Below, one piece after another: positions 1 to 8,817 of a DNA stretch of 28,987 bases. The number at the start of each line of letters is the position of its first letter. The stretch's first letter is position 1. The translations under genes were made by a program, and so were the position numbers. The notes beneath the pieces are model-generated. The model was not told where the DNA came from and did not search any database. It saw only the letters and a list, made by a program, of their open reading frames with translations. The DNA is taken from the sequence record JALIHJ010000106.1, one strand, 5' to 3'.

Positions 1-200
1 TAATCGTTGTGCAACACTATAAAGGAAAATTACAACCTTGTCTTAGGAGATGACTATCGGGAGTCATTATCCTGGTAGAGGGGTGCAACTCCCCTGACAA
101 GATGACCCAATGGCACCGTTAGTGCCGCCCGTACCCAACACCAGATTGGGTTGTGAAACGTCGTGCAAAAACATACTAAAGCTTATTCTAGTAATAAAAC
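1..200 (+). rRNA. rns: 3' end of mitochondrial small-subunit rRNA (partial, enters from the left edge; 3' boundary approximate)
   Basis: 'TAATCGTTGTGCAACAC' at 1-17 resembles the SSU 'TAATCG..ATCAG' region. 'GCCGCCCGTAC' near 125 matches the universal 'ACACCGCCCGTCA' 1400 region. 'AAACGTCGTGCAAAAACATAC' near 155 resembles 'AAGTCGTAACAAGGTAAC'. The segment is locally GC-rich and full of hairpins, and its A-rich composition is unlike the T-rich coding strand. Confidence 0.55.
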
Positions 201-354
201 TAACGTATTATCTAGTTCGGTAATACATATTTATAGATCAGGTCAAAGAAAATGCAGTAAACTAAGTTTTTTTACTAAAAATTCAGTAAAAAAAATATTT
301 AAATCAAGCAAATTTACTTTGCAAAAAAAATCAAAAATCTTAACGGTAATATCT

Positions 355-640
355 AGAACTAAACAATGAACGCTAAGGCCTGACGGTTCTCAGCGAAAAT
401 TTTCCGAAAATGCGGTTTTCTTAGTTAAAAGAAAATATTTTTTACCTCATTCAACAAAAAGTATCGGCCCAACATGTCTTGAGCTCGGTAGAAAAAAATA
501 CCTGAGCTGTTTTAAAAACATAATATAATGAAAAACATCAGAAAAATACTCGGCAACCTATTGAACAAACAAAATTATAGTTGAATAATTGAAAAGACAA
601 AAATATTATTAAAACAAATTACTGAATTTATCGACACAAC
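355..640 (+). rRNA. rnl_a: isolated 5' fragment of large-subunit rRNA (rnl_a-like); boundaries approximate
   Basis: 'GCGAAAATTTTCCGAAAATGCGG' (~393-415) resembles the bacterial 23S 'GCGATTTCCGAATGGGGAAACC'. 'AATGAAAAACATCAGAAAAATACTCGG' (~528-554) resembles the conserved 'GAACTGAAACATCTAAGTACCCCGAGG'. 'ATAGTTGAATAATTGAAAAG' resembles 'GTAGCGGCGAGCGAA'. The matches occur in the same order and similar spacing as the first ~260 nt of 23S. No further LSU sequence follows in the window. Confidence 0.4.
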
Positions 641-910
641 AAAAAGAGCACTTATTGAACTGAAGGATTCGATATACGAATATTTTTCGCCAATTTTTGA
701 GATGTGAGAAGTTTGACTCAATAATCCAAAAGAATATTTAGAGGTTTTAAAAAAACCATACACCGATCCCTGATGAGGTGCAGCATGTACGATGCCGTCT
801 TTTATATGAATGATAATACACCTAATATTTTGAGTTATTAATCCGATGATTTCGGATTTTATATTTTTTTATTTAATCTAGAAAAAATGATTCGTTGACT
901 ATTCGTATTA

Positions 911-1666
911 ATGAGGTTATTAGGTCAGTTATTTGTTCACGTGATTCTTTTTTTATCGTATTATATCGGTAAATTAATAAAAAACTTACTATCTTGGGTA
1001 TTTGATGTAGAGGGGGGGACTTCGATACAATTGTATAATTCTATAATAACGGTCTTTTTTTACGTTTTTTGCGTATCTAACGTTATTTTGAGCCTAGCTG
1101 CAGTAACCGCTCAATTAATTTCCTTAAATATCATCGAATTCGAAGAATTGTACCAAATCGTGTTATACACTAAGAGTTTTCAATTCCCCACCTCTAATTA
1201 TTTAGTTTTGTTAATTAAAAATCTTGTATTTTTAATTCAAGTATTAATAATAGAAATAGATTACGAACCAGGGTGCATATTTATAAATTCCCGCGCGGTA
1301 CTGGCCTTGTGTGCATGCTCAGCTTATATGTATTACACCCTTAGTTATGTCACAAACCCCGAGCATAAAAATTTCTTACGTCTGCTAGCTTATATAACTT
1401 TTTTAATTAATATAAAGTTTTTCTATGTTTATTACTGTCATTTATTTTTTATATTTGATACGCACGATCCGGGGTATATATACTTTAAAACAGGGGTTGA
1501 GGGTATAGCCAATTTTACTATATTAGAGTCTGAATTAAATAAAATGGAAATACCGTATAAAAACTTAGTTTGATCTTTATCTTTAACCTGCATAGCCTGG
1601 GGGAGCTTATCTATTTATTTAGATGTTTGTACAAAAAAAAAGGACATATTAGATTTAAATGAGTAG
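911..1666 (+). CDS. hypothetical multi-pass membrane protein (251 aa, orphan ORF)
   Basis: The track ORF 911..1573 continues through an in-frame TGA (1571) to TAG at 1664-1666. The product is hydrophobic and T-rich like the neighbouring genes. The frame is also open upstream, with alternative ATGs at 773, 785, 806 and 887. No family motif was recognised. Confidence 0.5.
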
Positions 1667-1727
1667 TTACTCAGGAAGTATCTAATATGTTTATTTTATT
1701 ATTAGCTAACGGCTTTAGTGTTTATCG

Positions 1728-2513
1728 ATGTCCTATCAGACTCTTGTATTTTACAATTGGTGGACGTTCCAAACCCCTGGATCAGATGATTTATATCGGT
1801 GTGAAATTGATCACTCCGAAGCATACTCGGCTCTGGGAGTTGAGGATAAAAATATTACTCGCTCCAATTTGATACTCCAAAATGATGATTCAATTATTTT
1901 TTTGATGAAGAAATGGTTGGGTGCGATTAATGTCGATTTTGCCAAAAAAAGTTATTATTATATTAACGCCGACTATTCTATAATTGATGCTGTTTTCTTA
2001 AATTTCACTAGAGGATCTGTATTTAAAAATTTACCTTATGTCCTAGAATTTATTCTTATTACAAGCCTATTTTCGGCAATTTTTTTATGTGGCGGTCTAT
2101 TAATTTCATCTTATTTACCGGAAGGGGAAGAATTTTTCGCTGAAAAACGAAAACTTGAAAACTACTTGTATACTATACGCAAGGCTGAGGGTACACTAGC
2201 GCAGCCGTATACGCCTATGCCTTGAATACAAATATACACCGACTTCCACGAAGAATTTAAATGACGGCGTACTAAAAAATGATGTACTGAGGCATTGCCA
2301 AAAAGATATAGGCCTAAAATAAATAAAAAAAATAGGATAATATTTTGATGGGATGCCTGATCATTCGCTAATAATATAACTTCTCTGGAGAAAGTCCCTG
2401 GTACCCCTTGACACATGTATAAAAAGTATAGGCTAAGCATTTGAACTAATTGGCACGTTTTAGAAGAACGTATAGTTTTATTTCTAATAATTTTTTATTT
2501 TATATTAATTTAA
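1728..2513 (+). CDS. hypothetical protein (261 aa) with a Trp-rich basic C-terminal third
   Basis: ATG 1728 is the first start after an in-frame TAG (1716). The track ORF 1728..2225 extends through 7 in-frame TGA codons to TAA at 2511-2513. The minus-strand ORF 2162..2440 is the mirror artefact. No family was recognised. Confidence 0.5.
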
Positions 2514-2519
2514 AAAACA

Positions 2520-3062
2520 ATGTGAGTATGGTTAAAAATATATTCACTAAACGAGTTCTTGCGGGCTAATTTGTTAATTAATCTCCGATTAGTTCAATCA
2601 TATGAAATTTTTATATCTGAAATTCATTTTATTTCCGGGCTATATAAATTGGATTACCCCTTTACCGGATTTCACGTTTGTATTTTAGTGTTGTTGTTGA
2701 TACCATTTGTATTAGTTTTATACGCGTTAACAACATTAATTTGATTAGCAATTATACTGGTTGTGTTATTTTTTAACGACTCGTATTTAATTTATTATCA
2801 GGAATACCCCTTTGACAACAAATTGTGGGCGATTTTTAATCTATTTATTAAAAATACGCTGCCTATACTAATTTTTTTAATGTTTATGAGTTATGTAAAC
2901 ATAGAATTTATTCTAAATAATTGAACTCATATAATGATCACGGAACCGTTAAGGTTTTTAATAACGCATAAAAATTATACCTATCTCGAGGCTTTGAAAG
3001 TCTTGCAACAAAATTACGAAAATATACCCGTTTATTTTGAATGCCGAAAAGTTATTAAATAA
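2520..3062 (+). CDS. hypothetical membrane protein (180 aa, orphan ORF)
   Basis: ATG 2520 lies 7 nt after the previous stop. The frame contains the track ORF 2559..2744 and continues through TGA codons to TAA at 3060-3062. Hydrophobic segments are present. No family was recognised. Confidence 0.45.
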
Positions 3063-3197
3063 GGTATAGGCGGTTAGATAACTGGAGGGTAAATAATAAA
3101 GTATTTAACCGGCCTAAAAAATTTTGCGCAGAAATAATTTACGAATTTTATTAATTAATATGGCAAGCCGGTAATACAGATAGTATTTCTGGTGGGT

Positions 3198-3407
3198 ATG
3201 AAGATTTTAGCTGCGGCTATTTGTTTAATGCCTCTCGCTGGATGCGCGCTCGGCATTGGACTAATTTTTTGTGGCCTGCTATACGGAATCAGCCGAAATC
3301 CCACCGCGTACGACTCTGTATTTGGCCTATCCCTCTTAGGGCTGGCTATGATTGAACTTTTTGGTTTCGTTTGTATTATAGGTGCGGCCGCAGCTTATTT
3401 AGGATAA
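3198..3407 (+). CDS. atp9: ATP synthase F0 subunit c (subunit 9)
   Basis: The translation 'MKILAAAICLMPLAGCALGIGLIFCGLLYGISRNPTAYDSVFGLSLLGLAMIELFGFVCIIGAAAAYLG' has the two-helix c-subunit layout, the 'R-N-P' loop and the carboxylate in 'AMIE'. The start is ATG 3198, with an alternative GTG at 3192. Confidence 0.93.
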   Translation: MKILAAAICLMPLAGCALGIGLIFCGLLYGISRNPTAYDSVFGLSLLGLAMIELFGFVCIIGAAAAYLG

Positions 3408-3420
3408 CTCGCAAAATTAA

Positions 3421-3500
3421 ACCTACTTGATGAAATTGGTAGACATGCAAGACTTAAAATCTTGTCCTTCGGGGTATTGGTTCAAGTCCAATAGTAGGTA
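3421..3500 (+). tRNA. trnL(UAA): tRNA-Leu (anticodon UAA), type II with long variable arm
   Basis: Acceptor stem is ACCTACT/AGTAGGT. Anticodon stem CAAGA/TCTTG carries the loop CTTAAAA. The variable arm is 'TCCTTCGGGGTA'. The T arm is ATTGG-TTCAAGT-CCAAT. Confidence 0.88.
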
Positions 3501-3503
3501 TAA

Positions 3504-3583
3504 GGGTAAGTGGCCGAGTGGTTAAGGCGGTAGACTGTAAATCTACTGGGCAACCGTCGTTGGTTCGAATCCAACCTTACTCA
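3504..3583 (+). tRNA. trnY(GUA): tRNA-Tyr (anticodon GUA), type II with long variable arm
   Basis: Acceptor stem is GGGTAAG/CTTACTC with one G-U pair. The D arm is GCC-GAGTGGTTAA-GGC. Anticodon stem GTAGA/TCTAC carries the loop CTGTAAA. The T arm is GTTGG-TTCGAAT-CCAAC. Confidence 0.88.
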
Positions 3584-3792
3584 TTTGGATTATTTATATA
3601 TAAGTAAAACTGGTTTACAGATTGACGCTATACTTCTAAAAACACGTAAATATAATAACATCTATAGCCGGGCAAATCGGTTGAGTTTGTGTTTAATTCG
3701 TTATTTATTTTTGTTACCTACAAAACTTGTTTCGTTAATCCGTTTCGGAGGTTGTTTTAATTACGTAAGCATCCAATTATACCTTAAGAAAT

Positions 3793-4974
3793 ATGCGTAG
3801 GCTTGATTATTCATCTAATTCTGACAATTGATTTTTCAATGAAAATAATTGAACATTTTTTACTAAAGAATTAACCCCATTTATTAAAAATAAATTAATC
3901 GTAAACTCCGAAACTTACGATTATTTCTCAAAATTCTTCACCTACATAGACGGCTTTTTCAACTACAATAGTATAAATTTTAATATCTTGCCACTCTCTT
4001 ATAATGACTTATATTTACTAAATAAATGCTCATCATTACAACTAAACTTTGTTATTTTTGACCAAATAACGGGATTTTTTCAGACTTTTTTTTACTTCGA
4101 GTTAAACAATAGTCTCATCTCAAATTCTGTAATTGATATTGTTTTACTGCAGTTTTTTAACCCGTGAATTCACAATATTTTTATATTTTTATTTATTTTT
4201 ATCTTTATTTTAAAATATCACCTGGATTACGGTTCAAATACGGAAAAAGATAGAAGTTTTTTCGGTATTTTATATGAAGAGTTTGTACTAACCTGAGTAA
4301 ATTTCGCGGGTATTAAGTTTGAATCGTATGAGGAAGCGATTTGTATATTAATCTTATGACCGTGGTGTATATTTCTTGTTTTTACCCATATTTTTACTGT
4401 AGAAAGTAACGAAACATTTTTTATATTCATTGAGTGGGGTGTTCCGGTTATTTACGGATATCTGATTTTGCTGGAATCAATTTGATTGTTTGGGGTGCAT
4501 TTTTTTGTCTACTTAAATGGCTCCCGCGGGAGGCGTATTTTAACGGTCACTTTGATAGAAGATATCGTTAATTTTATGATCTTATTGGCCCGCGTAACTT
4601 TACAGATGGTGCGCGGCGTAATTTGCGGGTTGTATCATGATTTTTTCCGCGAAGTCACCGAGTACTTAATAGATACTTGGGATATTTATTGATATTACGC
4701 GTCTGTGGAATTGCCGTTTTGCAAAAATAATTATTTAACTGACTTTAGTTTATTTTTTATTGATTGATATGTATTCGCATTCCTCCTGTTATTTATTTAC
4801 ATAATACTTTTTTTACAACTTCTATTTTTACTAATAGCTGTCTGGTTATTTTGTCGTTGTTGATTTATATCCTTTAAACACATCAATAATATTTACAAAC
4901 ATTATAATTTTACAAGTAAAGAAACTACCCGGGATAGTAACTTAAACAAAAGTACTATAAACATTTTTTCATAA
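3793..4974 (+). CDS. 393-aa membrane protein; candidate highly divergent ATP synthase subunit a (atp6 / ciliate Ymf66-like)
   Basis: ATG 3793 follows in-frame TAAs at 3736 and 3766. The frame is open through 8 TGA codons to TAA at 4972-4974 and contains the track ORF 4486..4692. 'LIEDIVNFMILLARVTLQMVRGVICG' lines up by eye with the subunit-a Arg helix 'IE.IS....LA.RL.AN..AGH'. The later 'FLQLLFLLIAVWL' lines up with '.QAYVF..L...Y'. Confidence 0.45.
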
Positions 4975-5005
4975 GTTTAGTTAATAAATTTTTTTCAAAG
5001 AGACA

Positions 5006-5605
5006 ATACCGCAGAAAATTATAAAAAAAGCTAAAAACCGCGTTGTTAAACCTTATCGATTTTACTGCTTCGGCCAAATGGGTTTAATTTCTTTAACGAG
5101 ATCGGTATTTTTTATAAATCATCTAAAAATGATTAATTTATATTTAACAAAACGTTTGTCGAGGGGCCGCCGCCTAACTAGAAAAGAGCGGTTTAAAAAA
5201 AATACAGGGGATGGGGACTTATTATTAAAAAAAATTTTTCAAAAGGATCCGCTATTTCGGTTAAACACACATGATTACTTATCGCACATTAAAAATAAAA
5301 AAAAGATTAAATTTTTTAAATTAAAACGTTATAAACGAATAAAAAAGCAACTAGTTTGTTTAAATTTTCCAAAGTTATTGTACACAAAAAAATCCCTGGG
5401 GGTTCGGATGGGTAAAGGTAAAGGCGGCGGTAAAAAATGATCTATAAAATTAAAAGCGGGTATGCCGATAATAACTTTAAACAACTGGGTTGCGCCTAAA
5501 GCTTATAGGGTACTAAAACTCTTAAAAAAAATTTTACCGGGCAAATTTTATGTATACTTTAATAAAATTTACAGCAGCCGTACAGGGAAGGTTAAATCAA
5601 TATAA
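5006..5605 (+). CDS. rpl16: ribosomal protein L16
   Basis: '..GVRMGKGKGGGKKW..' is the L16 'RMGKGKG..W' signature. Upstream, 'YCFGQMGLISLTRS' matches L16 'V.FG.YGL.A.E'. The frame opens after TAA-TAA at 4982-4987 with no ATG before these motifs, so the start is ATA 5006 ('MPQK..') or ATT 4988. It reads through TGA 5438 to TAA at 5603-5605. Confidence 0.8.
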
Positions 5606-5614
5606 AGGGTTGTC

Positions 5615-5986
5615 GTGTTTGGAATTAAAAATACAATAAAGATACAAAAAAAACCAGGTAAACAAGTGTTTCGTTCTAATCTAGCTACATGACATAAGCG
5701 CCAACTACTTTGGCATTTCTTATTTTCAGGGTTTTATTTTGATGAATTGTTTGCGAAAATTGTAAAACGTTTTGCGAATGCATATATGATACTACCGGGT
5801 TTTTTTATTTTTGATAGATTTTTTTCGGCGTGGACTGGCGCAAAAATTTTTAAGAACTCTTTGGGTTTCTTTAATGCGTATTTTTATATTGAAAAATTCG
5901 ACACATTTACCGTATTACTGGTATTAATTTTAGGTTTACCGCTGTTTTCTTGCTTGTTTTATTTTTTAATAGTTTTTGGACTTTAA
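5615..5986 (+). CDS. small ORF (~123 aa) resembling only the C-terminal end of NADH dehydrogenase subunit 5 (NuoL tail)
   Basis: The frame is open from directly after the rpl16 stop; start candidates are GTG 5615, ATT 5624, ATA 5636/5642, GTG 5666 and TTG 5747. 'GFYFDELFAKIVKRF..(20)..FDRFFSAW.G...F......F........F...VLLVLILGLPLF' parallels the NuoL/nad5 tail '(W/F)FD.LY...FV..F...... D....G....(last TM)..LLGLTLF'. The rest of nad5 is not in the window. Confidence 0.45.
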
Positions 5987-5991
5987 ATTAA

Positions 5992-7503
5992 ATGTTTTTA
6001 ATAAATTTTATTAAGATTAAATTATTTTTTTTGAAATTTATTGGTGCGTACTCACTGAATTTTTATTCGCGAAAAATAATTACCGGCGAAACTACTAACA
6101 TTTTTGGTTCTAACTATAAATTTTTCTTACGCATAATTTTCGGTAATTTATATTTTAACGGCTGAATAAATTCCCTAATAAAACTACATATTTCAGAAAA
6201 CCTACCTATGTATAATGCTTTTAAATATTTTAGCTGAAAAACCTGTAATTGGAGGTTTAACAAATATATATTAAAAAAATCTAAGGCTAAACATTCTTTA
6301 TGTACTTTACCGAGTACTACATCCGTAATAACCTCAGTTACGGGCGATAGGTTAAAAAAAATACCTAACCTTGATAATTTTAATTTTAAACTGCTGAAAT
6401 ATCCGAATTCTCTGATTGACTACTTACTGCTCAAAAATGGGGTTACGGGTCTTGCGTATTCGACAGTACGTAATGTTACCAAACTTAAGAGGGCTGATTT
6501 TACTATAACTAATCCTGTTTTTCGGAACCAATTACAACTAAACCAGAGGTATGATCGTAGTTTTGTAGTTTTACCCCGGAAAATTTTCTTAAATCGGCAT
6601 AAAACTAAGTGGTTGTCCATTACTAACCAAAGATCCATGCAAAAAATATTAATATATTTTAATTATATTTATAACGATCGGGGAGGTATTTACCCTAATA
6701 AATTAATTTTTAGTGAGCCGAGTATTATGTATAATTTACGGCACATTTTTACATATTTTCACAGTAATAATTTAAGGAAATTTATGCTAACTAATATTCA
6801 TTACAGAAAATGATCAACTGTGGTTAAAAAATTTAATTTTTATTCCGGTGAACCTGAATTTTTTAACATCAGTAAGTTAAAAAATAGTAATATACTTCCA
6901 ATTAATTCCTTATCTTATAGTTATAAAAAAATTATCTTTAATAAATATATGCAACTTAAATTTGCAGGTATTTTTTGGATGACTAGTTACAGGCTAGCAT
7001 CCTTGTTGCAGAATTATTTTTTTTCGGAAATTTATTTTATTTTCAATAAGTCGGTAAAAAAATACATACTCCCATCCAAATTAGCGAGTATCTTTAAGCG
7101 TATCCGAAGATATCGGAACCCGTCAAACAAACCCTATTTTTTAAACGAATATATATGAATTTTATTCATATCTTTTATATCAAAGGACCCGCAGTTCTTG
7201 GTTCGTTGAGTCCAAAAAAATGTTTCTAAATCGCCCGTAAAAAAACAATGAGTAATTCTTCGCTTTTTACGCGCTACTTTGACAAAAACGTTTATACTCT
7301 TTCGGAAATGATTTGGGATTCGGGGGTACCGTATTGTTGTTAAGGGAAAAATCGGTAAAACCGGTAGCGTACGAAAAAAAAAAATAATTATCGCTATGGG
7401 GGATTATACTTTCTCGGATGTTTTTTTAAAGGCGGACGAGGTGAGTGGAATCATTCAAACCGAGACGGGCTCGTTAGGTATTCGGGCTATGATTACATTT
7501 TAG
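5992..7503 (+). CDS. rps3_b: ribosomal protein S3, middle and C-terminal domain piece, with a long non-conserved N-terminal extension
   Basis: ATG 5992 follows in-frame TAA 5989. The frame is open through TGAs (joining track ORFs 6613..6813 and 6820..7158) to TAG at 7501-7503. The C-terminus 'RFLRATLTKTFILFRKWFGIRGYRIVVKGKIGKTGSVRKKKIIIAMGDYTFSDVFLKADEVSGIIQTETGSLGIRAMITF' matches S3_C ('FRRA.K...G..GIKV.VSGRL.GAEIAR.E....G..PL.T..A.IDY....A.T..G..GVKVWI'). Confidence 0.75.
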
Positions 7504-7512
7504 TGATTATCG

Positions 7513-8817
7513 ATGTTTCTTAATTCTCATGCTACCTATTTATATAAGTTACTACTAAAGAAGAATATATTAATTGAGTTATTTCTGAAGTCGTCCCTTC
7601 GGTTAGACATAAATTCTTTAAATATGTTATTTTATGATTTAAAAAAAATAATTACTTCAGATCAAAATAACGCTTTTGTTATACCGAAAACTATTAACCG
7701 TAGTGGTTATCGCGGTCACGTTGCATCTTACATTACCGGAAATAACAAGTTCCAAAAAATAGGTAGTTCATTAGTTGATAAATATTCATTAGTTTATTCT
7801 TATTATTTTTTTAACGAGAAATCGCATAATATTTATAAATTTGAATTTATGACTAACTTTTTTAAGTTCAGGAATAAAAGCTTTTTTATGTATCATCAAC
7901 TTATAATAAAAAAAAATATTAAAAATATTTTTCTATTATTCTTAAACCTTGGGTACGGCGGTAGATCCTTTCACTGAGCCCCCTGCCAACAGCTAGAGGA
8001 TGAAGCATTTATTTTTAATACGTACGCGTTAAAAAAAACTACAGAACAACAAATTCAAAAAAACAAACCGCTGGCCGGTTACGCCGATTTAATCGTAATA
8101 TTAGATTTATATGAAAATTTTAATAAAATTTCATTTTATAAATCTCTTCATACGCCTATTGTTGCGGTAACATCTCATTACACCAACCCCGGTGTAGTAG
8201 ACTATCCTATACTAGTCGATAACGTAGACTATGCGACAAAATATTTTATTTTTTGTTCTGTATCGAATATTTTTCTGACGGGTAGGAGCCTAAAAAATAA
8301 ATATTACCGTAGCCTGTATATTAGAGCAAGAAATCTATCGTTTTTAAATAAATCGCTAGTTTCGGGGTTGTTAAACGTGTCAATATATAATTGAGTTAAC
8401 TCTTTTTTTTTGATGAAATCCAATTTATCCCAAAAATATGCCCTCTGACTAATTGATCGGGTTAGTCCTGGTAGGTTGAACAAAAAGTACAAAAAACCCG
8501 TTAAAAAAATAAATTTAATGATGCCCACTCTAGCATTCACCCTGTATGTTATGGGAACGGCGGCTAAGACTTCGCAGTATTTAATTGATTTGTTTATTCG
8601 TTTTTCTCCGTATTCTATGAAATTAATAAGACACCGGGTTTCGGGCAAACGCTGGTTAAATTTACCGTGCTTCGCTAATATAGCGGCCATACCGCATTTT
8701 CGGACTTATAGGGGTGGTATAGTAACGGTCGGAGACAAAAATTATTTGCCAATGAATTCCACGTATTCTGGTATCGCCTTACCGTTTTTAATTAGATTTA
8801 ATAAAACACCCCTTTGA
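7513..8817 (+). CDS. rps2: ribosomal protein S2-like portion of a 758-codon uninterrupted frame (7513..9789); 3' boundary arbitrary
   Basis: The start is ATG 7513. 'GYGGRSFHW' matches S2 'W.GG.LTNW'. 'YADLIVILDLYENFNKISFYKSLHTPIVAVTSHYTNPGVVDYPILVDNVDYATKYFIF' matches S2 'PD...V.D...E..A..EA..L.IP.I...DTN..P..IDY.IP.NDD..S'. No TAA or TAG occurs before 9787. I cut at TGA 8815 / TTG 8818 only for convenience. Confidence 0.5.

Noticed and set aside
163-369. Lys-rich + strand ORF (extends to ~530 if TGA is read as Trp).
   Set aside because: It overlaps the presumed rns 3' end and the LSU-like fragment. Its A-rich composition is opposite to every real coding region here, and it has no motif. It is more likely structural RNA or spacer, though I cannot exclude it formally.
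1687-1872. 61-aa ORF in an alternative frame overlapping the start of the 1728 ORF.
   Set aside because: It is short and wholly overlapped by the longer 261-codon frame, which carries multiple in-frame TGA codons and a proper stop-ATG context.
3585-3800. 71-aa TTG-initiated ORF directly after trnY.
   Set aside because: It has no motif and a non-ATG start, and it overlaps the ATG of the 3793 ORF. The interval may simply be spacer. I kept it out of the feature list, although a small gene cannot be excluded.
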